Assembly (NCBI RefSeq): GCF_000270205.1
Contig: NC_015913.1
Coordinates: 480,001-512,000, forward strand
DNA from: Candidatus Arthromitus sp. SFB-mouse-Japan
Lineage (GTDB): Bacteria; Bacillota; Clostridia; Clostridiales; Clostridiaceae
Length of the DNA stretch: 32,000 nt
Direction: 5' to 3'
The stretch's first letter is position 1, and every line of letters starts with the position of its first letter. This document shows positions 17,418 through 25,924 of the stretch, piece after piece. The notes beneath the pieces were generated by a model. The model ran no database searches, had not been told where the DNA came from, and saw only the letters and a program-made list of their open reading frames with translations. Made by a program: the position numbers and the translations under genes.

Positions 17418-20400
17418 ATGAAAAGGGTAAAAATTTATGTTTTCTATAAGAACAAGCTTATAGAATGGAATATTGAAAGCTTTCAAAATAGTTCAGTTGA
17501 ATTTTTATTAGATAAAGATATAACCTTATTTTCAAGAGACTATACATTTCATTTTGAATATGAAAATGGGAATTATATATTGAAATCTTTTAATGATTTT
17601 GAGCTTATTTATAAAGATCAAAAATTAAACTCAAAATTGATTATAGATGGAGATATAATTATATGTGATTTAATTAGGGATAAATCTAAGGTTATTTTAT
17701 CAATACAGTACGAAGATTTTTCAAATTGTAATTTTTATAAGTGTAAAGTGAATGAAATTTCACAGATAAAGATTGGAAAAAATGAATATGCTGATATTAT
17801 TTATGATAATGATGATATGCTTGACTATCATATTATTTTAAATTTTAGGAAAAATAGTGTGGAAGTTATAAGTAATGGTATTGGTTGTTATCTAAATAAT
17901 AGGAAGATTTCAAAAGGTGAAGCTTTATTTGGAGATACAATTTTTATTTATGGACTTAAGATTATTTATTTAGGAAAGTATATTGCAGTAAATAATCCAA
18001 ATGGAAAAGTATCTTCAAGGTTAAAATTTTCCAATGATGATATTGAAGTAATGGAAACTAGGAGTTTTACTAATATTAATAGGGAAATTGAAGATGATGG
18101 TAAAGTATATTTGGATTTAGATGAAAATGTAGAGTTTAGGGTTGATGCACCTGTTATTTATAATCATAATTCCTTGAAATTTTTGTTTATTGGATTAATC
18201 CCATTAAGCTTAATAGTTTTAGCAGTTTCTATGTTATTTTTGTATTATATAGGGGCAAATTCTTTTTATTATCTTTTAGTTAGTTCGATTGGAACTTTAG
18301 TTATTGTATTACTTATATGTTTATTATTTTATTTTAAAGTAAATAGGAGAAGACAAGAAGAAAAGTACAATTCTTATTTGGATGATAAGTTTAAGGAAAT
18401 ATCAGTAATTAAAGATGAATGGGTAAGGGCTTTATCTCAAAGATATCCAAGGACTATTGATTGTTATGAAAGTGTTATTAATTTTGATAATAATGTTTGG
18501 AATAGAGTTGGAAGAGATAATAATTTTTTGAATTTGACAATAGGACAAGGTGAATCTTATTTTGGGAATTTAAAAATATTAACTAAAAATGTTCATGATA
18601 ATAGACTTTTTGATTCCCATAAAATACTTAAGAAGGTGCCAATAACTATACCTCTTAAAAAGATAAGTAAGCTTGCAGTTGTGTCAGACATGCATAAAAT
18701 TTATGATGTATTTAAAAATTTTATAGTACAATTTACGAGCAATAATTCTTATAAGGACTTGAAAATTGTTACGATTGCATCAAAAGATCATGAAGAAAAC
18801 ATAAATTATTTAAAACTAATTCCTCATGTGTATTCTGATAAAAATGATTTTAGATATTTTGCTATAACTGATGATGAAGTAATTGATGTTTTACATAATT
18901 TACGCAAAATAATTAAAGAAAGGGAGAGCATTTTAAGACAGAATACTAATTATGTTTTTAAGACATCTTACGTTGTTTTTTTATTTCATAATTTTACTAC
19001 CCCAATGAATCAATTTTTAAATTATATAAAGAGTGTTAGTAGTAAGATAGATGTTCATTTTGTGATTTTTACTATAAATAATAAGGATATACCTGAGTGC
19101 TTTAAATATATACTAAATGTTGGTGAAAGAGAGCAGATTCTTTATAACATTCGAGAAAATGGAATTAAAAAAGTTGTTTTATCTTATGACTATGTTGACA
19201 TAGCTAATTTGATTGATATAGATAAATTTACGGATACATTATCTAAGATCAAATTAAGCACAGAAGGAGTGATTAAAGGATTTGAAAGTAGATCAATTTT
19301 TGGTTTATATAATGCTTCTTCTGTTAAAGATCTAAATATAGAAGATAGATGGAGAAAGAATAAGTTATTAAGTTCTTTAAATATTCCTGTGGCTACTAAG
19401 AATTTTAAAGATGTATTTACTCTTAATATACATGAGAAGCATGATGGAATAAATGGAATAATATTCGGTGAAAGTGGAGTTGGAAAGACCGAATTATTGA
19501 AAAATATGATTCTTTCTTACTCAATAAACTTAAGTCCAAATCTTTTAAATTTCATAATACTTAAATCTAATTATAATATAAAGTTAAATAATTTTGTACA
19601 TCTTCCACATGTGATTGATATTTTGGATAAGGAAGATATTTCAGAGAAGAATAGATTAATAGAACTTATAAAAAATGAAATTAGTAGGAGACAAAAATTA
19701 TTTGATAGTATAGGTGTTAAAGATATAAACGCATATTTGAATACTTATGAAAATTATTCCGATACTATAATAATTCCACATTTGATTATTATTATAGATG
19801 ATGTTTGTAAAAATGATATCGACTTTATACGTGAGTTATCACAGTTATATTCATCGATATTGAGTATTGGAATTCATATTATTGTATCTTCTAATTGTGT
19901 TAGTGCATTTGTTAAAGAAGAGAAAATTTTGAGTAATTTTGATTTCAAAGTATGTTTTAGGTTATCTGATGTGAGAGATTTGTTTGAAATTATGGGAGAA
20001 AATGAAATTTTAAATCCCAATTCCACAGGTAAATTTAATATAAGATTGTCGGATAGTGTTATAGTTAATAATGTGCAAATTGTATATTCGAATTGTTATG
20101 TTGGGGATTATGAGGAGCAATTAGCTATAGAACTTGTAAATAATTGTGGTACTATTAGCAAAAAGATCATAAGAGCTTATGAGACGAATGAATTTTTGCT
20201 TCAGGAAGATGAAATAATTAATGAAATTTCAAGTCTTTCAACAAATATAAATATGAGATATATGTCAGCATTTAATAGTTCACTTAGATATTTAAGTCTT
20301 TATGATTTATCTGGATATAAGAGTAATTTTAATGGGTTTATGTGGACTGAATCTGAGAAACCTTGTTCGGCAATCGTAGGAGTTGTTGATGATCCTAAGT

Positions 20401-21701
20401 ATCAGGTTCAAAGATTTTTAAGTGTGGATTTTAAGAATATTGGTAATTTATTTGTATTTGGATCACCGGGAACAGGAAAGAGTAATCTTATTAAGACACT
20501 TATTTATTCTTTATGTTGTGAATATAAGGAAAGGAATTTAAATGTGTATATAGTTGATCCTAATACTAGGAATACAGATTGTTTTGGTTATGCTCCACAT
20601 GTTAAGAATATAGCTTATACTAAAAGTGAAATTAACTCGTTATTTAAAAAAATATTGGAAGAGTTTGAACTTAGAAAAAAAATATTTGATAATTTAGATA
20701 TTTCAACTATAGATCAATATAAACTTAGAGTTGGGGAAGAATTACCAAATGTAATTTTAACAATTGATAGTGTACAAGAAATTATAGATGATAAGTGGGA
20801 TTATATGAAATTTATCAGAATGATAGCAAGAGACGGTAAATTTTATGGAATCTATGTTTGCATAACTTCATCTGAATATGGAAATATAGAAATGAACTTA
20901 AGTGAGTATTTTGATAATAAATTCGTATTGAGGTTTAATGATGAATCTTTATACAAAAAAATATTAGGAAGGGAATATAAATTGAATTCCAAATTTAAAG
21001 GAAGAGGTATAGTTAATTATAGAGATTCTTTAGGTGATAGGATTCTTGAGTTCCAAGTTGCTCTTCCTATGTTAAGTAATAATGATGTTGATCTTAATAA
21101 TAAATTAAAGCGTTTATTTATTCACATGAATGAAATAAATAATAAGATTTATGGTGGATCAGAAATTATGGATGTATTAGAACATGAGAGTAATGAAGAG
21201 AAGCAATTAATTGAAAGTAGAACGGAATTAGATTTAAATAGTTTTTTAGATAATTTTATTAATGATTGTAATAATTTGTGTGTTGTACATGATTCTAAAA
21301 ACAATGATGGAATTTTATATAATATCTATAAGATTGTAGAAGAAAAGGGAATTAAGTCTTATTTTTTTCAAAATAGAGATTTAGATGAGAATGAGGTAAA
21401 AGAATTTATAAATTGGCTAGATTCTGTTACTGATGAGAGAGTTTGTGTAATTATAAGTAATATAGAGAAATTGATATCTTTGTGCAATGATGAGATGATA
21501 GGATCATTAAATTCTATTTTAGAGAGGCAATCAAGAAAAATGTATTTTGTTACGTCGATATATAGGACTAGTAATATAGATAATAGATGTTCAAAGGTAA
21601 TAGATTTATTACTTTTAAATGGGGCAAGCATAATTGTAAATGATGATGAGAATGCAACTATTTTATATAAATCTCAAGAGAATCTCATCAAGATAAATTA
21701 G
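17418..21701 (+). CDS. essC: Type VII secretion (T7SSb) EssC/YukB-like FtsK/SpoIIIE-family ATPase
   Basis: The 1427-aa ORF has two FHA-like N-terminal modules (for example IGKNEYADIIYDND...ISNGIGCYLNNRKISKGEALFGDTIFIYGLKIIY). Two hydrophobic helices follow (about aa 255-305). Then come a P-loop-less module, D1 with GESGVGKT (19467-19490), D2 with GSPGTGKS (20460-20483), and a short P-loop-less C-terminal module. Confidence 0.85.
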   Translation: MKRVKIYVFYKNKLIEWNIESFQNSSVEFLLDKDITLFSRDYTFHFEYENGNYILKSFNDFELIYKDQKLNSKLIIDGDIIICDLIRDKSKVILSIQYEDFSNCNFYKCKVNEISQIKIGKNEYADIIYDNDDMLDYHIILNFRKNSVEVISNGIGCYLNNRKISKGEALFGDTIFIYGLKIIYLGKYIAVNNPNGKVSSRLKFSNDDIEVMETRSFTNINREIEDDGKVYLDLDENVEFRVDAPVIYNHNSLKFLFIGLIPLSLIVLAVSMLFLYYIGANSFYYLLVSSIGTLVIVLLICLLFYFKVNRRRQEEKYNSYLDDKFKEISVIKDEWVRALSQRYPRTIDCYESVINFDNNVWNRVGRDNNFLNLTIGQGESYFGNLKILTKNVHDNRLFDSHKILKKVPITIPLKKISKLAVVSDMHKIYDVFKNFIVQFTSNNSYKDLKIVTIASKDHEENINYLKLIPHVYSDKNDFRYFAITDDEVIDVLHNLRKIIKERESILRQNTNYVFKTSYVVFLFHNFTTPMNQFLNYIKSVSSKIDVHFVIFTINNKDIPECFKYILNVGEREQILYNIRENGIKKVVLSYDYVDIANLIDIDKFTDTLSKIKLSTEGVIKGFESRSIFGLYNASSVKDLNIEDRWRKNKLLSSLNIPVATKNFKDVFTLNIHEKHDGINGIIFGESGVGKTELLKNMILSYSINLSPNLLNFIILKSNYNIKLNNFVHLPHVIDILDKEDISEKNRLIELIKNEISRRQKLFDSIGVKDINAYLNTYENYSDTIIIPHLIIIIDDVCKNDIDFIRELSQLYSSILSIGIHIIVSSNCVSAFVKEEKILSNFDFKVCFRLSDVRDLFEIMGENEILNPNSTGKFNIRLSDSVIVNNVQIVYSNCYVGDYEEQLAIELVNNCGTISKKIIRAYETNEFLLQEDEIINEISSLSTNINMRYMSAFNSSLRYLSLYDLSGYKSNFNGFMWTESEKPCSAIVGVVDDPKYQVQRFLSVDFKNIGNLFVFGSPGTGKSNLIKTLIYSLCCEYKERNLNVYIVDPNTRNTDCFGYAPHVKNIAYTKSEINSLFKKILEEFELRKKIFDNLDISTIDQYKLRVGEELPNVILTIDSVQEIIDDKWDYMKFIRMIARDGKFYGIYVCITSSEYGNIEMNLSEYFDNKFVLRFNDESLYKKILGREYKLNSKFKGRGIVNYRDSLGDRILEFQVALPMLSNNDVDLNNKLKRLFIHMNEINNKIYGGSEIMDVLEHESNEEKQLIESRTELDLNSFLDNFINDCNNLCVVHDSKNNDGILYNIYKIVEEKGIKSYFFQNRDLDENEVKEFINWLDSVTDERVCVIISNIEKLISLCNDEMIGSLNSILERQSRKMYFVTSIYRTSNIDNRCSKVIDLLLLNGASIIVNDDENATILYKSQENLIKIN

Positions 21702-21721
21702 GAATTTTGGAGGACCTATAT

Positions 21722-21967
21722 ATGATTTATATACAAGTATATGTGCCAGATAAAAATAGATTTTTTGATTATAAGGTATCTAGGAAAATAAATATTTGTA
21801 ATTTAAAAAGCTTAATTGTTGAATCAATATATAATGTGAAATGTAATGATGAATTTATAAAATGTAATTATGCATTAATGGATTTTAATTGTAGAAAAAG
21901 ATTGAAAGATGATGTAAATTTGTATAATTATCCTGTTTATAATGGATATAAATTTTTGTTAATATAG
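21722..21967 (+). CDS. esaB: YukD/EsaB-like ubiquitin-fold protein
   Basis: The 81-aa ORF from ATG 21722 has GGAGG at 21709-21713 with 8-nt spacing. It matches B. subtilis YukD by eye over its full length: MIYIQVYVP...FDYKVSRKINICNLKSLI at the N-terminus and RLKDDVNLYNYPVYNGYKFLLI at the C-terminus (the L-x-D-x-gI-x-nGd-x-L-x-iL pattern). It starts 20 nt after essC. Confidence 0.65.
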   Translation: MIYIQVYVPDKNRFFDYKVSRKINICNLKSLIVESIYNVKCNDEFIKCNYALMDFNCRKRLKDDVNLYNYPVYNGYKFLLI

Positions 21968-21977
21968 AACTTACAAT

Positions 21978-22001
21978 GGCATGCTTATATATAAGCATGC
22001 C
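21978..22001 (+). terminator. Hairpin (terminator or attenuator) after the yukD-like gene
   Basis: The perfect palindrome ggcatgctta-tata-taagcatgcc has a 10-bp GC-containing stem. It is followed by CTTTAATTTT, so the T tract is weak. Confidence 0.55.
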
Positions 22002-22059
22002 CTTTAATTTTAAAACATATATAATAAATGAATATTTTTATTTTATTTTTGGAGGTAAG

Positions 22060-23574
22060 ATGATTAATAAAATAAAAACTCTTATTATGATAGGTTTTAT
22101 TGCAGGATTAATAACTAATTTTAGTGTAATCACTAATGCTAAAAATAATATGGGAACAGAAATTTTAAATGGTTATGGTACCGGCGAATTAATTTATTTA
22201 ATTAATGAAAATGGAGAATTGGTTATATTAAATAGTGATATGGAAGATATAGTTCCAGAGGATATGCCTAAACTTTTATCTATTGATATTTATGATGATG
22301 GTTTTGTTGCATTAACGAGGGAACATGAACTTATTTCTTCAAAAAATTTTACAACATCAAAAAATATAAGTAAAATTGATGGTAGATTTTTATTAACATT
22401 AGATGGTAAAGTATCTTCATTTGATATGGAAAATTCTAGAATATTTAAAGATTTTAAAAATGTTAGGGATATAAAAGCTTTAACTGATAATGCACTTATG
22501 ATATATGAAGGTGAGGATAATGTAAGTATTGTTAATATTGGGAATTCTAAAGTAATGAGTATAAAAAATTTATTTGAAGTGAAAGAGGTAAATATTTTTA
22601 GTGATGATTTGATATTAATTATTAAAGAAGATGGGAGCATGATAGGATTCGGTGATGAATATAATAAAGTCTCAAAAATTGTAGAATCAATTAAGAATGC
22701 AAAAAAATTTATACATCAGGCAGATAATTTATATGTTGTAACTTATGATAATAAGGCAATACCAATAATTGAAAATGGTTTTAAAGCACCTGAAGAATAT
22801 TTATTGGATGTATATGACATTACTGTTAACGAATTTTCAAATAGCGAAGGTGAATTTTATAAGTCTTATTTTGTAACTACGGAAGGTAAAGTTTTTTATT
22901 ATATACAAAGTGATAATGAAATAAGTGATTTTAATAGGCAAAAAATTGAATATATGAATAGTTTTGATAATGTAGAGAAGGTATATGAATCAGGATATTT
23001 AACTATAGTACTTCATAGGGATGGATCTATAACTATACCTTTTAATATTCATCATGAATTAAATGGTATTACTGGAGTAATTAGTGTTGAGCTTAAAAAT
23101 CAAAGTTATGTCGTTTATTTAGATGATGGACAAGCTATAACTTCACTAGATAATATTATTTTAAATGATAGAAGTTCATTTGTTAAACGAGATGAAATTT
23201 CAGATTTATATGATTATTTCAATGTAATTTCTTTAAATACTGTGAATAGAGAACTTAATAAGGAAGATTTTGAAAAGATGAGAGAATCTATTTTAAATGA
23301 TAAGGAATCATTTAAAAATGTTATAAGGAGTTTATGTTTAGATAGGAAATTTATATTGATAGATAATAAATATGATGAAATAATGGATAAATTATATTAT
23401 TCTATTTTAAATGTGAAGCCAAGTTCTGATGAATATAATCATATGTTATATGCAATAATTGAAAAATCAGAGGAGAATAATATGACTAAGGAACAAATTT
23501 TAATTCAGATTGTGAATTATATATTTGAAAATCCACTATTTGAGGACATATTTAAGAAATTTACTCAAATATAG
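22060..23574 (+). CDS. Secreted repeat protein (degenerate RCC1-like / beta-propeller-like blades) with a C-terminal helical DUF4214-like region
   Basis: ATG 22060 follows GGAGG (22051-22055). The Sec-type signal peptide is MINKIKTLIMIGFIAGLITNFSVITNA. About 8-9 units of roughly 40 aa share a hydrophobic-strand-(D/E)-(D/N)-G-x-hydrophobic pattern (INENGELVIL, TLDGKVSSF, IKEDGSMIGFG, TTEGKVFYY, LHRDGSITIPF, YLDDGQAITS). The track start at 21976 lies inside the upstream hairpin and was rejected. Confidence 0.5.
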   Translation: MINKIKTLIMIGFIAGLITNFSVITNAKNNMGTEILNGYGTGELIYLINENGELVILNSDMEDIVPEDMPKLLSIDIYDDGFVALTREHELISSKNFTTSKNISKIDGRFLLTLDGKVSSFDMENSRIFKDFKNVRDIKALTDNALMIYEGEDNVSIVNIGNSKVMSIKNLFEVKEVNIFSDDLILIIKEDGSMIGFGDEYNKVSKIVESIKNAKKFIHQADNLYVVTYDNKAIPIIENGFKAPEEYLLDVYDITVNEFSNSEGEFYKSYFVTTEGKVFYYIQSDNEISDFNRQKIEYMNSFDNVEKVYESGYLTIVLHRDGSITIPFNIHHELNGITGVISVELKNQSYVVYLDDGQAITSLDNIILNDRSSFVKRDEISDLYDYFNVISLNTVNRELNKEDFEKMRESILNDKESFKNVIRSLCLDRKFILIDNKYDEIMDKLYYSILNVKPSSDEYNHMLYAIIEKSEENNMTKEQILIQIVNYIFENPLFEDIFKKFTQI

Positions 23575-23583
23575 TTGTTGTAG

Positions 23584-23612
23584 TTGAATATATTTCTATC
23601 CTTATGTATATT
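23584..23612 (+). promoter_or_regulatory. Putative sigma-A-type promoter for the cytidylate-kinase-like gene
   Basis: TTGAAT (23584-23589), a 17-nt spacer, then TATATT (23607-23612), with TG immediately upstream of the -10 hexamer. Confidence 0.45.
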
Positions 23613-23659
23613 AACTAGTATGTAAGAATTTTATAGTAATTCGTGGAGGAATGTTAAGC

Positions 23660-24274
23660 ATGAATAAAATAATTACTATAGGTCGTGAATTTGGGAGTGG
23701 CGGTAGAGAATTTGGGAAGCGACTTGCTGAATATTTGGGTATTGCATATTATGATAAAGAAATAATAATTGAGATATCCAAAAAAACGAAACTTGCAGAA
23801 GAATATATTCAGCAGGTTATTGAGGATAAACCTATTTCATCATTTCCTATTACTATAGGGAACAGTTTTTATGCAATTTTTAACCCTATGACAGAAAATT
23901 TAGAAGCAAATATTTATGCAGAGCAAAATAATATTTTAGTTGATATGGCTAAAAAATCTAGTTGTGTTATTATAGGAAGATGTGCAGATTATATACTTAA
24001 GGAATATAATCCATTTAAAATATTTATTTATTCTGATATGAAAACAAAGATTAATAGATGTATTGAAAAAGCACCTGAACATGAAAATTTAAGTGAAAAG
24101 CAGTTAAGGCATCAAATTTTAAATATAGATAAAAATAGAGCTAAGTATTATCAATTTATAACTGGAAGTAAATGGGGAGATAAATTGAATTATGATTTAT
24201 GTGTAAATACTAGTTCTGTACTTATAAAAGATGCAGCAGAGTATATTGGTAAGATGATTGAAAATAGAATCTAA
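23660..24274 (+). CDS. Cytidylate kinase-like family protein (P-loop NMP-kinase fold)
   Basis: The N-terminus MNKIITIGREFGSGGREFGKRLAEYLGIAYYDKEII is the hallmark of the cytidylate-kinase-like family. ATG 23660 is better spaced from GGAGGA (23645-23650) than the track's ATG 23651. Confidence 0.75.
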   Translation: MNKIITIGREFGSGGREFGKRLAEYLGIAYYDKEIIIEISKKTKLAEEYIQQVIEDKPISSFPITIGNSFYAIFNPMTENLEANIYAEQNNILVDMAKKSSCVIIGRCADYILKEYNPFKIFIYSDMKTKINRCIEKAPEHENLSEKQLRHQILNIDKNRAKYYQFITGSKWGDKLNYDLCVNTSSVLIKDAAEYIGKMIENRI

Positions 24275-24278
24275 AAAT

Positions 24279-24310
24279 AAAAAGCCAGTGTAATTTTACA
24301 CTGGCTTTTT
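24279..24310. terminator. Bidirectional rho-independent terminator
   Basis: A 10-bp stem pairs agccagtgta (24283-24292) with tacactggct (24297-24306). An A tract lies upstream and a T tract downstream. It overlaps the stop of the convergent glycosidase gene. Confidence 0.8.
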
Positions 24311-25839
24311 ATATTATTTCGATATTATAGGTTTTGATAATGTTATTTACTTCAATTGTTATAGTTCCTTTAGATGGAACATTTATTGGGTGAAATATAT
24401 AATCTGAATCAAAGTAACCAATATTACTTGATAATTTTAGATCTGGTAATGTGTATATATCTATTGGATTGAAATTTTTATCGTAAGATACAAAATTTAG
24501 TTTTTTTGATTCGTTTGAATTTATTTTTGGAGAATCATGAAAATAGAAATCTTCTATATCAAGAGTATAGGGCATTTTATTTATAATCATGATTGAATTT
24601 GATATTAAACGATTTTCTCTTGGGAGATTTGTATATTTCAGCGAATGTATTCCAGGTTCTCGAATCATCATTGACGTTGACCCTCCACCATCTAGGTTTA
24701 TGGCTTTATATGCCCCTTTTGATTTTAGGAAGTGAGCGAGTTCTATTAAGGACATTCCTTTAAAATCATTTTTTTTGTCAACTGTTAAAGCTAAAAGTGT
24801 ATTTCTATTTGTGAGGGCTAAAGCTGTTCTATGATTTTTTGAAGTAGTTGAGCCTTGTGACCATGTTCTTGAAAAATAATTTTGTGGTAATATTTGGTTA
24901 TCATAGAGGATGAATTCATGACCTGTTAGAAGATGTTTTATCTTTGGAGTTGAATAGTTGCTAGATTTTCTTATTTCAAAATTTATTTCCACATCCATAT
25001 CTAAGAAAGCATTATTAAATAGTGCCTTTTTTTTGTCGTATGAAATTACTATAATTTCATCATTTCTAATCTTATAGGTGTTTGGAGGATCATTTATTAT
25101 TTCTTTGATTTTTCCTGATATTAAACTTTTATTGTAAAAGGAAGTGTTTTTATTGTTTGGTATTATGGATATAATAGTTGCATCCTCTTTATTGTCTGGT
25201 AGAAATATTGTCGATGATTCGTTGTCTTTGCAGTTGAATATGTTTACAGTATCTTCTAAATAGTCACTTCTGTTAATTGAATCTATGTTTATTTGCGTTT
25301 TATAGGAATTTGAATCTATTAAATTTATGTATCCTGTAAAATGATAGTTGTCTATATCAATACGATTATTTTCAAATATTGTAAAGCATGGCCTCATTAC
25401 TTCTTCATCTCTTGTTAATGAGGTTGAAAAAATCTCACCATTTATTAAATTGCTACATACGGGAATACCATTTGACATATTGAAGAAATCACCGTTGATT
25501 GCACCGATTATATTATTTCCATTTTTTTGCTCATGATTAACTTGATCATTTAATGTGGATTTTCCATTAGTTATGTTTTGGGATTTATGACACATGAGTG
25601 AGTATGTTTGGTTAATTAAGTTTAAATCCATCTCAATATAGTTAATATTTTGGTGATTAAATTGTTTTCCCATAAAATTATAGATTATTTCATTTTTATG
25701 AGTTACTCCAATTGCTAAGGGAGTAGATGATATAATTTGTGAATGTTCATTAGATGATTTTGAAAAACATGGCTGATTTTCAAGTAAGGTAAAAATTATA
25801 AATACAAATAAAATTTTAATAAAACTTCTTATATCTCAT
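24309..25839 (-). CDS. Phosphodiester glycosidase family protein (NAGPA/DUF2233 domain), exported; the 5' end is anomalous (frameshift or ATA start)
   Basis: The domain signature is RTALALTNRNTLLALTVDKKNDFKGMSLIELAHFLKSKGAYKAINLDGGGSTSM. The reading frame stays open 165 nt upstream of the track's ATG 25673. That upstream stretch encodes a signal-peptide-like segment (FIKILFVFIIFTLLENQPCFSKSS) and conserved-looking sequence (LAIGVTHKNEIIYNF). The only ATG (25839) is in another frame. Confidence 0.7.
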
Positions 25840-25924
25840 CACCTCAAATTATTTACTTACATAATAGCTTAGTATTTCTTAATTATTAAAAAAAATACTT
25901 GATATTTTAAAGGGGGAATTATTT

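Noticed and set aside
13199-23650. The helicase-like/essC/yukD region might be a horizontally acquired genomic island.
   Set aside because: - Base composition and codon style look the same as in the flanking genes.
- I could identify no flanking direct repeats, tRNA or integrase.
- The evidence is insufficient either way without compositional statistics and comparative genomics.
1149-23659. The longer N-terminal extensions proposed by the ORF track: 1149, 2089, 10447, 13347, 21707, 21976 and 23651.
   Set aside because: - Downstream ATGs have properly spaced SD sequences.
- The extensions overlap the preceding gene, a terminator hairpin or the SD itself.
- They add non-homologous residues ahead of conserved N-termini or signal peptides.
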